Below the pieces are notes generated by a model. The model was not told the origin of the DNA. It saw only the letters and a program-made list of their open reading frames with translations, and made no database searches. A stretch of DNA of 63,880 nt, the filler included, from Conidiobolus incongruus B7586 (taxonomy: Eukaryota): assembly GCA_000697335.1 (NCBI GenBank). It is 19 parts of 19 records of this genome, joined end to end, with 100 filler letters (N's around TTAATTAATTAA, not from the genome) between each part and the next. Parts side by side here need not be neighbours in the genome. Positions count along the whole stretch, not along the records: positions 11,822 to 13,901 come from JNEM01003750.1; positions 14,002 to 15,262 come from JNEM01003751.1; positions 15,363 to 25,827 come from JNEM01003753.1; positions 25,928 to 27,473 come from JNEM01003754.1; 15 more parts are not named here. One strand, given 5' to 3'. This document shows positions 13,871 to 27,011 of this stretch, one piece after another (within the stretch, counting starts at the first letter, position 1; each line of letters begins with the position of its first letter). A program made the position numbers and the translations under genes.

Positions 13871-14144
13871 AATTATATATATTATCTTTAAATATAAAAT
13901 ANNNNNNNNNNNNNNNNNNNNNNNNNNNNNNNNNNNNNNNNNNNNTTAATTAATTAANNNNNNNNNNNNNNNNNNNNNNNNNNNNNNNNNNNNNNNNNNN
14001 NAAATATTAATATATTTTAAATAAAAGATATAAACAAATAATGCATAAAATAAGCAAATTTAATATTATTTTCTAAATAGTTAATATCTATTATTAATTT
14101 TTTATCTAAATTTAACTATATATTTATTATTAAAACAGGTTTTT

Positions 14145-14510
14145 TATTTACAGACTGATTTTTTAAATTTATATTAATATTTTATAAATTTTAATTATAT
14201 ATAATTATATAATAAATTTGTATTTATATAACTAGAATAATATTATAAATAAGGTTGAGATTTTTAATAAATTATTTTGCTATTTTACCTTTAATTCTTA
14301 TTATTTATTATTTTTTCTATTTTTCTGAGTTTTGAGACAATATTTTATCTATATTCTATTTTATTAATAATACGTAATATAAATCTTAATATATTTTCAA
14401 TTTTTATATATTTGAAACTAAATTGTTGTTTATATCCTTATATTAAAGGGTTATAATCTAACCTATATTATTTTTATATTATTTCTTTCTTTGCCATATA
14501 TCTATATTAA
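14145..14510 (+). mobile_element. Degenerate solo LTR of the same gypsy family (opposite orientation)
   Basis: Matches the reverse complement of 13496-13870 (cagactgattttttaaatt, aatataaatcttaatatatt, tttgaaactaaatt). The right boundary is approximate. Confidence 0.6.
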
Positions 14511-16987
14511 TATCATCATGATTTTATTATATTTTTTAATATTTAATATCAGAATATAAAATTATTTTTAAATAAATTATAAATTAATTTAATGATTTTA
14601 TCTAGAAAAAATAAAATTTTATTTATAAATATATTTAATACTTAAATTTATATATATTTTGTTAAATTGATAAATTTATAGAATATTTAATTTTTAACCT
14701 TAAACCTTTAAAAAAATATAAAATCAATAATAAATTTATCAATTAATATATTATAGCTAAAATATATTAACTATAATTAATTCCAAATAAAAAATTGGTT
14801 TTATTATATATATTAGAACTTAAATATAAATTAGTATTATGGTTGTTTAACCTTGCCACATTTGGGGGAATCATGTAAAAAAATAAGAAATATCAAACAA
14901 AAGAGTAAAAAAGATAAGTAAAAGATAAAGGAAGAATAATATTAAAGTTAATAGATATAAAAAGCAATTATTTAGGAAAGTCAGATGGTTTAAAAATTTC
15001 AAACTTATTCAACTATTGTTTATAAAGTGGATTTTCTAGAATATCACTAGTACTTAGGACATAAGGCTATATTAACCCTTTTAATATAAATATATTATTT
15101 TAAATAATATTTTTAATAAGAATTTTAATTAATAGCATCATATTACTATCCTTATATTTTACATTTGAAAATTAGTATATTTTGATAATTTACTGATTTA
15201 ATTCTTTATAAATTAAAATTATTAATATATAATTAAAAATTAAGAAATATATATTTTATTAANNNNNNNNNNNNNNNNNNNNNNNNNNNNNNNNNNNNNN
15301 NNNNNNTTAATTAATTAANNNNNNNNNNNNNNNNNNNNNNNNNNNNNNNNNNNNNNNNNNNNAACTTTAGATAATAGTTATTTAGTTTAAAAATGATTAA
15401 ATTCAACTTTAAATTTAGTTAAGAAATTTTTAATGATAAAATGATTCAAATTAAATATATATATAGTTTGAAAAATTTAATATTTAATATATTTTATATT
15501 TATTTTATATTTAGAACAAATAACATGTATAAAATAATCAGAAATTAAAAAATTTACAATTTCTTTCAAAACTAGTAAATTTCTTTAATTTTATATCTAA
15601 TTTAATATTAATTGTTTATTTAATAATTATTAATATAATTTCGAGAAGGTCTTTAAATATTATTTGTTATTTGTTATTTGTGTTTAATTTGAAATTCTCA
15701 AATTCTTGGTAAAGCTTGGTAAAGGGAATATATTTTATAATAATATATTAAATTAAATTGGTGTGTGAACTTTTTGTATAGAGTATAAATTTGATATTAG
15801 ACTTTTAAATTATTTTAAGTCTAATGAACATTTTAATTTTTTTCAAAATCATGATTTTCAGTTAAATATTTAAAAATTCTAAAAATTGTTTCATTATTAT
15901 ATAGGCTATAGTGCAATATACCATGCTAAGCGAAATACTATTTAAATAGTTTATTTAATACAACCTTCATATCAGATAATAATGCGAGGCAGTTAAAATT
16001 ATAAGTATAATAAAGAATAAATTGTTATAGAACAAGGAGTGTTTAAAAGCTGTATTAATTTAATTAATACTTATAAAAAATTTGATCAGATTTAATTAAA
16101 TAGAAAGTTAAAATTTGTATGTCAATTTATAATATTTGAAAATAAATTTATACTTATTATTCAAAAATATGGCTAAATCTTTCAAAAATTAAAAACTTCA
16201 AATAATAATTAATAATGATATTAAGAGGGAGAGTAATTTAACTTCTTTTTGATTCTAATAAAAGTTGGTTAAAAATATTGATATTGTATAGATCAATATG
16301 TTAAATTCTTTAGGTTTAAATAAAGAGGCGGCATCTTACATTCAAAATTATCAGCCAAGATTACTATCATATTAGACTCATTTAAATATAAATTTATATA
16401 AAAAATAAATTTCAATATTATTCAATCAAAGTGGATTTAAATAATATTCAAATTATCAATTAAGTATTCTATGCCATATGTACTATTCCTTTATAAAAGA
16501 GAAATATTTGGAATAGTATATTTGAAATGCAATCTATTCATAATATAAATTTGTATGATAAATCTATATAAACTTCACTAAATAAATAATGATTCAAATG
16601 ATTATGAATAGGATAAAAATAATAAATAAAACATAAGAATTTTGTATAACAATACTCTGAATATTTGGCTGGTATTTTATTAATTTTATAATAAGTGAAT
16701 GGATTATTTGTTCTAGTTTTTCAAAAGTTTGGTCCTATTCTTTGAAGAATCGATTCATTTGAAAGCAGAAAATAAATAGGTTTTCAAAATAAATCTTAAT
16801 TATAAAAAATAACTTGTAAGGTAGTATTTATATTATTATTCTAGTGAAAAATTTTTTATATTGTTGAACTTAAAATCAAAACTATATTCCAAACTTTATA
16901 ATATTTATTAGTTCTTCCAAAAAGGATGAAATATAAACCAATTTTTAAATGATATTTTTGAATATATAAAATTTGATTAAAATAGAT

Positions 16988-17887
16988 TTAACTTGAAAAT
17001 TTCCATTTTACAATTATATTGAAGAAATCCTTTCGTACTTCACTATTCATATACAATAATATCATAATATTGATTATAAGAGAGCAACTAATCAAAATCG
17101 TTGAAATATAATCCATTTGCCAAGTTCTTGAAAATCCAGTCACCATTTCATACAGTATACAATATATTTTACCCGAATAAACTACAATAAATAAAATGAT
17201 GTTGATTAATGATTTGAATATTGTATTAAAACAGTCTTTGTAAACTCGTTCTTTAGGAATATTCATGTTTAACTGATTGAGACATTGTTGATATCGGAAA
17301 ATCATAATACCAATATAACTCATTAGTACCATTGAATAAGATGAAAGTAAATCGAAAAGAAGAATTCCTCGAGCTACAACTCCTTCAGAGAGTTTGATCG
17401 CACAATACACACCAATGGGCACTAATCTTTGCCCATTTTTTATTACGTTTAGTATAATGAAAATGTATACAGAACCGCAAAGGATTATCAGAGTAGTAAT
17501 CCAAATCCATATTGATAATTGAATATTATAGCATATTAATAAGAATCTTTCAATGCTTAAGAGACCAATCGCAATACCAGAAAATACAATGAGTTGAGTG
17601 GTGAATGCAGCATCGAATTTACACCAATTAGCATTATTAACTATTAAATAATAAGGACCTAGGCAAATTATTGCACGGATTAGAGTACCTATAGCAGCTC
17701 CAAAATCTATGACTAACATAACCAAACTAAATTTTATATCTGTATGTGCTCCTTTCCTAATTTTCCTAATCAAAATTGATATTGTAATGACAATAGGAAT
17801 CAAGGCAGTGATAGAAATAATAAAAAAATGAATTATTATATAGGTTCTATAAATGTCAGGCCCTTGACTTATTTGTGAAGCATTCAT
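16988..17887 (-). CDS. Class A (rhodopsin-like) GPCR-like 7TM receptor, 299 aa, intronless
   Basis: Seven hydrophobic segments. TM2 Asp (LVIDF), TM3 Cys (NWCK) and ECL2 Cys (GVYC), DRY-like LSIERF, TM5 SYIGI, TM7 SLIIN..LY followed by helix 8 EVRKDF. Confidence 0.88.
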   Translation of the reverse strand: MNASQISQGPDIYRTYIIIHFFIISITALIPIVITISILIRKIRKGAHTDIKFSLVMLVIDFGAAIGTLIRAIICLGPYYLIVNNANWCKFDAAFTTQLIVFSGIAIGLLSIERFLLICYNIQLSIWIWITTLIILCGSVYIFIILNVIKNGQRLVPIGVYCAIKLSEGVVARGILLFDLLSSYSMVLMSYIGIMIFRYQQCLNQLNMNIPKERVYKDCFNTIFKSLINIILFIVVYSGKIYCILYEMVTGFSRTWQMDYISTILISCSLIINIMILLYMNSEVRKDFFNIIVKWKFSS

Positions 17888-18859
17888 ATTAATAATGTTG
17901 AATGAATAAAAATTCTAAGTCAAAGGCAATTTTATATAAATATATTTAAGTTATTACAATTTAAAACTGCGTTTTAAGTTGTAACTTGTTTAAATTGATT
18001 CAAATCTTTTCAATTTGATTAATTATATTCAATTCTTATTTTTTTGAATATTCTTTTTACTTTTATTGGAATATAACTGTATTAAATTTAATACTCTTTA
18101 TTAATATTTATTCTATATTAAATCATTTTATATAATTCCCTAAATTTGGTAAATTTTAATACTTGAATATTTATTTCATTTTATTACAAAATAAAAGAAA
18201 TTGATTCTAAATTTTATTATTGTTGTTACTTGATTTAATTTTATGTTAGTTAATTCTATTATCCTATTTCTGTTTCATTTAAACTAAATGTATACATCAT
18301 ATATTAGTCATATTAATATAGAATACAATTATTAAAAATACATTTTTTAACATTTTATTCAAAAAAAACTATCTCAGATCATTTGGAGTATATTATCATA
18401 AATACGATATTATTAAAGATATAGATATCGAAAACCTTCAAGCTAGGAATAAATTCTCAGCAAATAATTGATAAATAGATAATTAAATTTGGTAAAACTT
18501 GAAGAAAAATTAATAAATAATGACTAATTGGAGGGATTGTTATATACTAGCATTAAAAACTTCAATTCATCTGCTTGGAACAAAAAACTAGGAAATGATA
18601 TTTTCTGATGTAGGATTGGTTAATAATCAAATAAAAAATAAAAGAGCTGATTCATAACTTTCAGTTAAAAAATATATAATAATATTTCCATTTCAGAGTA
18701 TATATTGTTTTTATTGTGCTTAATAGGTGATGATTCCACTTTTATTAACAAAACCTTATTTTTAATATCTATTGTTTATATAAAATATATCGGATTCTTA
18801 ATAATAGCCAGCTAAAATATTTTCAGGTTGAAAAAAAATACAATGATATATCGAATAGA

Positions 18860-19700
18860 ATTGTAATTGAGGAATTTTTCAAATTCAATAAATTCTTTAT
18901 TGACTTCAGAAATCATAAACAATTAGGTCTAAATATTGAGGATAAGGGAGCAAGTGATTAGAGTAGAGGAAGTGTAGACCATTAACCAAGTCCTCAACTT
19001 TTGAGTAGCAGTCGCCAAAATTACCAATTCATGCTATCATAATATGCAATTATATATAAGAAAACATGGAATAAAGATATAAACTAAGGCGTGGAAGTGC
19101 TCTCTATACACTCATTCTCTCAGGATATTTAAATTTAATTAATACAAATTACCTCAATTATGAAAAAATATGCCCAAGTAGTTCACGAAAATTATCAAAT
19201 AAGAACTGACCAAATCAAAGGGTACAATCCCTTTCTCAAATATTTCCTTCGATCAAATTAATACCATAGTAAACTTATAAAGTCATTACTTTTCTGTATT
19301 TTTAATCAAATTTCAAAATACTAAATTACTTTCACAACTATATAGGATTGCTAATGCACAAATTCAAATCTATTTTGAGGCTTTAACATTATGTCAAACT
19401 ACACAGAATTTCTCAATAACTACCACAATAATAGCAATCCTTGATAATATTAGGACTTGAGAAGTTAATAGTTCATTATATTTACGCCAATTCCGCTGAT
19501 GCAAGGGTAGATTTTAAGGACTTCCACTAATTAAAATATTATTGAATGTACCTAGAGTAGTAGCAAATTCTATAATTGAGATCATTGTAATAGCCTTGAT
19601 ATCCACATATATTGCTTTTGGTACCCCTCTCAATAAAGTTACTATTAACAAGATACTTGGTAATATAGAGAGCATTGAACTATGAAAAAATGCATTAAAT
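18860..19700 (-). pseudogene. GPCR pseudogene, tandem paralogue of 16988-17887
   Basis: The minus strand reads YVDIK..., NWRKYNELLTSQVLILSRIAIIVVVIEKFCVV*HNVKASK*I*I, FDLVSSYLIIFVNYLGI, *LNLNILRE*VYREHF and RTWLMVYTSSTLITCSLILNI*T*LFMISEVNKEF. This is colinear with HTDIK / NWCKF..IERFLLICYNI..SIWIWI / FDLLSSY / QLNMNIPKERVYKDCF / RTWQMDY..CSLIINI..SEVRKDF. Many stops and frameshifts; ends approximate. Confidence 0.88.
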
Positions 19701-20295
19701 TAAAAATTCTGAACTTTTTAAATGATAAAAAAATAATTTATTAAGCTAGAACACTAGAGTGTAAAAACTGATAATATTATTTCTATTTAAATCATATTTT
19801 ATTATGTTATTATATTTTGATAATATAAAAATATTCAGTAAGGCTTATTGTTTTGAAACTAGTAAATAACCTTACAAGGAAGTTCACAATGAGCTTATAC
19901 TGGCTCAACAGTAAAATGATAAAAAGTGATATCCAATTGATATCATTAAAATTATCCTATTTCATATCTTATTAATTAACAAAATTTATTAATTTATAAT
20001 TATCATCTGAAATTGGTTGAAAAAAGAAATAAAATTTTTGGATTTAATAACTTAGCTAATATAATTCTTTTTATAATATATATTATAATTGCTCTATATA
20101 AAGATATATAAGTGATCTAAATTGACCATTCAAATATATTTATAATAATCTCTACATTTTGACCATTAAATTAGAATTTACCAAATCTGAATTATTTAAC
20201 AAATTTATTATTAAAAAAATCTATCAATTTTGAAAAATTAAATTAGCTTGTATAAAATAACAAAGTGTAGTATTGATAATTATTTATATTTAGAA

Positions 20296-20297
<2 letters not shown>

Positions 20298-20334
<37 letters not shown>
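20298..20334. repeat. (TA)n microsatellite
   Basis: Perfect TA run. Similar runs at ~32275-32308, 36848-36871, 39923-39949, 46594-46616 and 56974-57010. Confidence 0.95.
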
Positions 20335-20336
<2 letters not shown>

Positions 20337-21763
20337 AATAATCTATTATCTTTTATTCGGATATTAAAAATGCCAATCTTTTTTAACAAACTACAATTTA
20401 AATTTAAAAATATATTTCAATGTTTCATATAAGTTTAAATTATAAATTGATGATTTAATTGTTGGAATTAAAACTATTGAATATTTCTTTTAAATCTGGT
20501 GAATTATAATAAAAAATTGAAATATTATGCATTGTTATATTTATTTAAAATTAGTATTTTTTAAAATTTTATTTTATTAGGTTTATTTTAAATAATATAA
20601 TATTAAAAATATATCTTTCAAAAAATATTTCTTATAATTTCAACCCAAATATTATGTTGCTTTTTAAAATTACAAATATATATATTTGTAATCTATATCA
20701 ATATAAATATATTATGTAAAATTATTCAAATTACTAGTTTAAATATCTACAAATTAATTTATTTATATATTGAAATCTATTGATCAATCTTAAACCTTTG
20801 CCATATTTTGAAGTAAAATTTAAGTTTTAATTTTCAAATTTATTTTAAAATTTACTTAATTAGAATTTAAATGAAATATATTAAAATAGTAAATGAAAAT
20901 AAAAAATATAATATTGGTATAATTATGTAAAAATAAAATTTAGTTGAAATAATTTTAATATATAATAATATTATTTTATTTTGAATAATTTCAAAATAAG
21001 TTTATAATATTAATAATATTTTAAAAATAATAAAAAATATAAGAACAATGAGTTATTTACTACTTGCATTTATATTAAAACTAATATTCTAATAAAATGA
21101 TTTTACACACTTTTAATGGCTGATCAAAATTTTGAATCTCTTTGATTAATAAGTAGAATCCAGATAAATTTATTTATATCGCCAACGATAAATATATGGA
21201 ATATTTATTTGATGTAAAATTTGGATATTTAATAGAATTGTATAATAATTCGATTGATTAATAAAATATTTAGAGAATTTTAAAATGAATTTAGATATTA
21301 TTACAATACATTTATCAAATGATATTAGAATATTAAAGAAATTCTGATACTAATCAATATTAGTATATATAATATACATAAACTTTAGAATGCTTATATA
21401 AATAACTATTAATTATTAATAATTCAAAATACCCAATATATATTTTGCAAATCAACATTATCAATTGGACTCTATAATAATTTTTAAAATTCAAATTTAT
21501 TTTATAATTTTATTGAAATTAATTGAAAAATATTTTATAATGTACTTTATTTTATTTAATCCAATTCAACATAAAATTATAATTAAATGATATACTAGAT
21601 TTAATTGGTTAAATTTAAATTTTATAACTTGAAACATAATGTTCACACAATTCAAAATTTAAAAATTCCCTAATTATAATAATATTCCAATTTGTTTCTG
21701 TATATAATATGATTCGTATATATTAACATTTCTATAAGATAATTCACACCTATTACTATGTAT

Positions 21764-22093
21764 TAACACGTCTTGGGAAAGTCGTATCTAGAGTAATTTA
21801 AATAAAACAGAGATCTGGGGAATTCCAGGTAAGTGTTAGGGAGATAGGGGTTTATTGGTTTAAGTCAAATAGCTGGGAGGACCCAGATTGAACTCTTGGT
21901 TGTTGAGTATAGCTCTAGTTCCGGGTTTTATTTAGAGTGAGTTGGGTCAGACGATTCATGAGAATCTCCAGTGACTTGCATCATCGGACAATTAAAAGAT
22001 AGAGAGGGAGAAGATGGTTGCGAGGGGAAAATGACTTTAACATTAGGTTGATGTAAGAATACTTGGTAGAGGGGAGTCGCCTGGCTCGTGACA
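21764..22093 (-). mobile_element. Probable solo LTR (~330 bp, GC-richer, unrelated to the other LTRs here)
   Basis: Sharply bounded GC-richer island. The minus strand starts TGTCACG. The other end (TAACACG on plus) is an imperfect inverted match. GTAT(T) is duplicated on both flanks (21760 and 22094). TAAATA and AATAAA signals on the minus strand; no ORF. Confidence 0.6.
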
Positions 22094-23929
22094 GTATTAA
22101 TTTCTAATTATTTTAATTATATTTTAATCTGAACATCGATTTTTTAATATTTTAAATTAAAATCAGGTAATTGAACTTTGATTGAAGCGATAAGTTGTTT
22201 AAATTTGAACATAAAGGGTTAGGATATTTTATCTTTCAATTTAGAGTGTTATGGCATAAAATTCAATGATATCTATCCATTATAACAAAGATCAATTTAA
22301 TATGACTTGATTGAAATACTTCGATCCATCTACAAAATAGATTATTTTTCAGAGATCAAAACAATAAATTAAAAAATACTGAAATCCACATTTTTATGAT
22401 AATTGAATTATTTGGAATAATATATTATTTGGTTTATACAAATTATATAGAGATAATATTTTCACAATTGTGATTTTTATTAAGTTGGTTTCAATATGTC
22501 AAAAGATGAATAACTTATAGAATTATACTATTATATTTGATAAGTAATATTTTGACATGTCTCTTAAATTTTATAACTTAATAAAATTTTTCAAGTTTTA
22601 GGCAAATACTTTTATAAAAGCATTTTGGTCAATTTAATATATATTAATATAGGTATGAAAATCAATCCTTTTAAGTATATAGAATAATATAAAATGTTTT
22701 TCCTTTAATTGAAAATAATTCTATAAAATTCAGTATAAATTAAAAATACCTGATTTATAATATTTAACTAAATCTATATAAAATTTTTAATATCTTGAAA
22801 AATAAAATATATTTCAAATTTTTATATATTATTATATATATTTTTATACTTATACAAAATAATTAATAAAGGATATTAAATTAAATAATTTGAAAATTTA
22901 CAATATTCATTATTATTATTATTATATAGTTTTTATGATGAAAAATTAAAATTATAAAATTGGATAATGAAATTTATAATATAATATAAAACTTTTGATA
23001 TTTTAGATAATATAGAATTAATTTTAATTATATTATTTTGAGTAAAAATACTCAAACAGTTTTTATATAATATTAATTTTTTTGAAAAAGATATGTAATT
23101 TATATATATTGAAATAATCAGTAAAAATATATAAATCATTTATATAATATATTTATTTTTATTATTTGATATAGTCTGATATTCAATTTTAATTATAAAA
23201 TAAAAATTTAAGTCATTATACTCTAATATAATTAAGACCTTAGATATATAATATTAATTTAAAAAATATGAGTTAATTAAAAGATAATATAACTTAGATA
23301 TTATCTTAAGAGCTAAGGTTTAAAAACACTATATTTCATATCTTAAAGCTTATTTTAATCGATTAATAAAGAAGTATAAACTTTATTAAAATCATTATAT
23401 CAATATATTAAGGTTAAATTTTATGGAAAAACTCTAACTATAATCAAATTATTTAAAAATAAATATTTAAAAGTAAAAGACTTTTTGGTAAATATACTAT
23501 ATAAGTACAGAGTAAAATCATTTTCGAGATATTATTAAAATATATCTTTTTTCTAAATAAAGCTAATTTTTAATTTGAATCAATTGATTTTATTTTAATT
23601 ACAATTATCAAATGAAATCCATAATTGAAAATATTTAATATTATAAACATAATGTCCTATTATGATATTTTATAAATAATAATATAGATATATATGATAT
23701 TATAATCATTATTTAGGTTGTATCTTGTGAATTGGATAATAATATCAAACTGGAGTGATTTAATATATATTTCTATAAATAATATTATTATAAAATCGAT
23801 ATTTATAAAAATAGTTTGAATTATATTTAAAATAGTTAAATTAATATATGAAAAAACTATGAAAAATAAATTAAGTTATTATTAGTTAAGTTAAAATATA
23901 CTTTATTTTAAGTAATTTTAGTGTTGTAT

Positions 23930-24768
23930 AGTAAAAAATTATATATAATTCAATGGAAATATTCAAATAAAGTGAAATAAACAGAATTTGTCAAAACATA
24001 ATCCAATAACCTATTTGATGATGTATTAAAAATTATTAAATTTTTAATGCAATATATTTTGCCAGAGTATACCATAATAAAGGATGATATTAGTCAGAGA
24101 TTTTATGATTATTAGGAAGCACTATTTGTACACTTACTGATTTGGGATATTTAAACTAAAATAATAAAGATTCTGTCAATATCAGAATTTCGTAACTTCT
24201 CAATACCATTAAACAAAACTAAATCTAATAATATGACTTTCCTGATGAATTCTGCTCCTTCATATATCCTTGTATTATAAATAACACTTATTTTACCGAC
24301 TCATTCTTGGCCTTTGAAAACTTTAAGGATAGTGATAGCTTTATCCGAGCTATATAGGATCAAAACAATTATTAAATATATCCAAGAACATATTTCGAGA
24401 TTGAAATAGATGAATAAAAATCATTTAAAACCCAAAATCTTAATAAATACACTGGAATAGATATATGATTTAGCTCTCTATACAGGCTAAAGTACACAAC
24501 CATCACGACTTTAAGTCAAGAGATTATATGGAATTAGAAATAAGAACGCATTTATAAGTGTACCAATCGCTCTAGGTAGATCTTTGATAATCACAAGTGC
24601 ACTCATTTCTGTATTACTATGTGTCCTCCTCCTTGGTTTTCATACCAATATTGCTACAGTTATAAGCTTCAAAACTGGAGCAATAATTAACATCACAAAA
24701 GATTAAGCTAAAATAATATCTCTCTAAAATCCTTGAGTTTTGTCGATTATTACAGAGTTGAAAACCAT
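23930..24768 (-). pseudogene. Second GPCR pseudogene, paralogue of 16988-17887
   Basis: From the ATG at 24768: ...ITVAILV*KPRRRTH...RAIGTLINAF..PY...FK*FLFIYFN...SWIY..., later LNIPNQ*VYK*CF..IKSLTNIIL and VYSGKIYCI. AIGTLI and VYSGKIYCI are identical to the intact gene. Multiple stops and frameshifts. Confidence 0.88.
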
Positions 24769-25927
24769 AGCCTTGTTAAAATTGAATTTAACTACAATAT
24801 ACATCGATATTCTCTTTGGAGGAGTATTGTTATATGGAAAAGGATTGAATCGACGGTAAGAAACATTAATTATTTGCCAATTAACTACTAGTACTAGTGT
24901 TTTCCCAATTATTAGCAGATTTCAATTGATTAATAGTGATAATTTTAAAAAGTATCTAAAGCTTGTAATAACTCAAAATTTCCCGGAGTGTCAAGAGATA
25001 ACTTGGAGTAAGGACGCTTTTGAAATAATTATAATAAAATCATGTTTTTCAAGTTATATGTGACAATTATCTCATAATAAGATTGTTGGTTTAAATGGAA
25101 TTAAAAACATGACTAACAGAGAATGATGAAAATCAAATTGTTCCAATATCATCATATCTCATTGTGATTACTACAATCAGAGTGGTGACTGTAGTTCTTG
25201 AGTTGAGTCAACTCTCTCTTTCATCATCAACAAAGCTTTAGCATGATTAATCATTTTCAAAATTTAGTTTTATTTCTTATTACTCACGTTTATATTAGTT
25301 TCAAAATAAAAAACTTTAATAATATCAATATTTTATTAAAATTTATTATTATTATTTTCCTATATGAAGTAAATTTGAAAATATGAATAGAAGTAAGAGT
25401 TTTTAATTTATGATTTATGTGTAAATAATGTCATAAATTTTGTATAAATACTAATATCAATTATGAAAATAGTACATATAAATGTTTAAAATTTGGCTAT
25501 AGAAAATCGCGGAAGCATAAATAATAGAGACCAGTAATAGTTTCTATAATATATGAGTGCTAAAATTCTTTGATCCAAAGTTAAGCCTAAATATATTTTA
25601 TTTGAAATTATCCTCAAAGTTCAAATTTATTTCCTTAAATATTGGAAATATTGCAATATAGTTTCTCAATAATTTATTATTTTTGTTTAATAGTATTATT
25701 ATTTTATTATATTGAAACTATACTTTATACAATTAGTTTTTCCATTTATCTTTAACAAAATATAGAGAATTAATTAATATCCAGATATAATATTATATAT
25801 ATATATATTAATTAAAATAACATTTGGNNNNNNNNNNNNNNNNNNNNNNNNNNNNNNNNNNNNNNNNNNNNTTAATTAATTAANNNNNNNNNNNNNNNNN
25901 NNNNNNNNNNNNNNNNNNNNNNNNNNN

Positions 25928-27011
25928 TTTCATGACTTACTTTTATAAGCTAATATAAATAAATATATTATAAAATATATTTATATATTATTCAATATAA
26001 ATAAATATAATATTTTTATAAAAATATAATAAGAATTACAGAACTATATAAGAGTATTAGTTAATATTAATATTATTATATATGTTTTATATTAGTATAA
26101 ATGTCATTTATATTTTAATAAAACACCCTTTACTAAAAAAATCCTAATATAAAGCTAGGTAAGAAAAATATTATTTTCTAAGTTAAATTGAAAATAACTG
26201 AGATAGGATTATTTAATATATTAAAACAAAAATATATTTTAATAAAGCTGATCAAAAAGGTTTAAATTTTAAAAAAAACAAAGAATTATTTTTTAACCAT
26301 TATTTTATTTTAACCTAAAAATAAAATAATAAGTTAATTATAATTTAAAAATATATATTATTTTCAAATATAAAGTATTTTTATAAACTTAATATAGGAG
26401 TTAATATTCAAATATATTAAAATATTTTATATAATAAATTAATTAAAAGTATTAAATAATATAGATAAAAAAATTAGATAGTATTTTTTAACAAAGTAAT
26501 ATCCTTTGTTATATTATTATTTCTAATACAAAATATTCTTAAAATAATAAAATAATATTTATAAAATAGTTTTTTTATTTTTTAACTTTAATAAAGTTAA
26601 ATATATTTAGGATTAATTAAAAAATTAATTAAAACCTTTTTAGTAGCATATAACTTAGATAAATTTTGGAATATATTTAAGAAACTAAAAACAAAACTAA
26701 TTTTTTTAATATAAAAAATTAATTAACTTTATATCCTATAAACTTAAAAAGATTTGAAAAGAAAAAATAGATAGATTAAGTTTTAATTTTTTTATAACCA
26801 AAATATATTAATTTATAATTTATCCTTAATAAATTTATAATTTCAAATATTAACAAAGAGTTAATATTGTTTAATCAAGTATATCTTATTAAAAATTAAT
26901 TCTATAAGTTTATTATATAGCTTAATTTAGATTTATTTAATTGATAAATAAAAAAGTTATTAATAAAATTTATATATTTATAATTTTATAGTTTATTTTT
27001 ATAGATTAATA
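25928..27011 (+). mobile_element. Tc1 copy, 3' two-thirds, heavily decayed
   Basis: Colinear with 33900-34983 and ends in a degenerate terminus ...ttttatagtttatttttatagattaata|ta. Confidence 0.7.

Noticed and set aside
16290..16380. Peptide LNSLGLNKEAASYIQNYQPRL as the remnant of a known domain
   Set aside because: Too short and surrounded by stops to support any assignment by eye.
16988..17887. The GPCRs as retinal-binding opsins
   Set aside because: Neither receptor has a lysine in TM7 (MDYISTILISCSLIIN; TADFASIWLLSLNPVIN).
22933..23139. Short I/N/K/F/Y-rich ORFs (4979-5173, 22933-23139, 58252-58464)
   Set aside because: Their composition simply mirrors AT-rich DNA. No motifs or coding-like GC.
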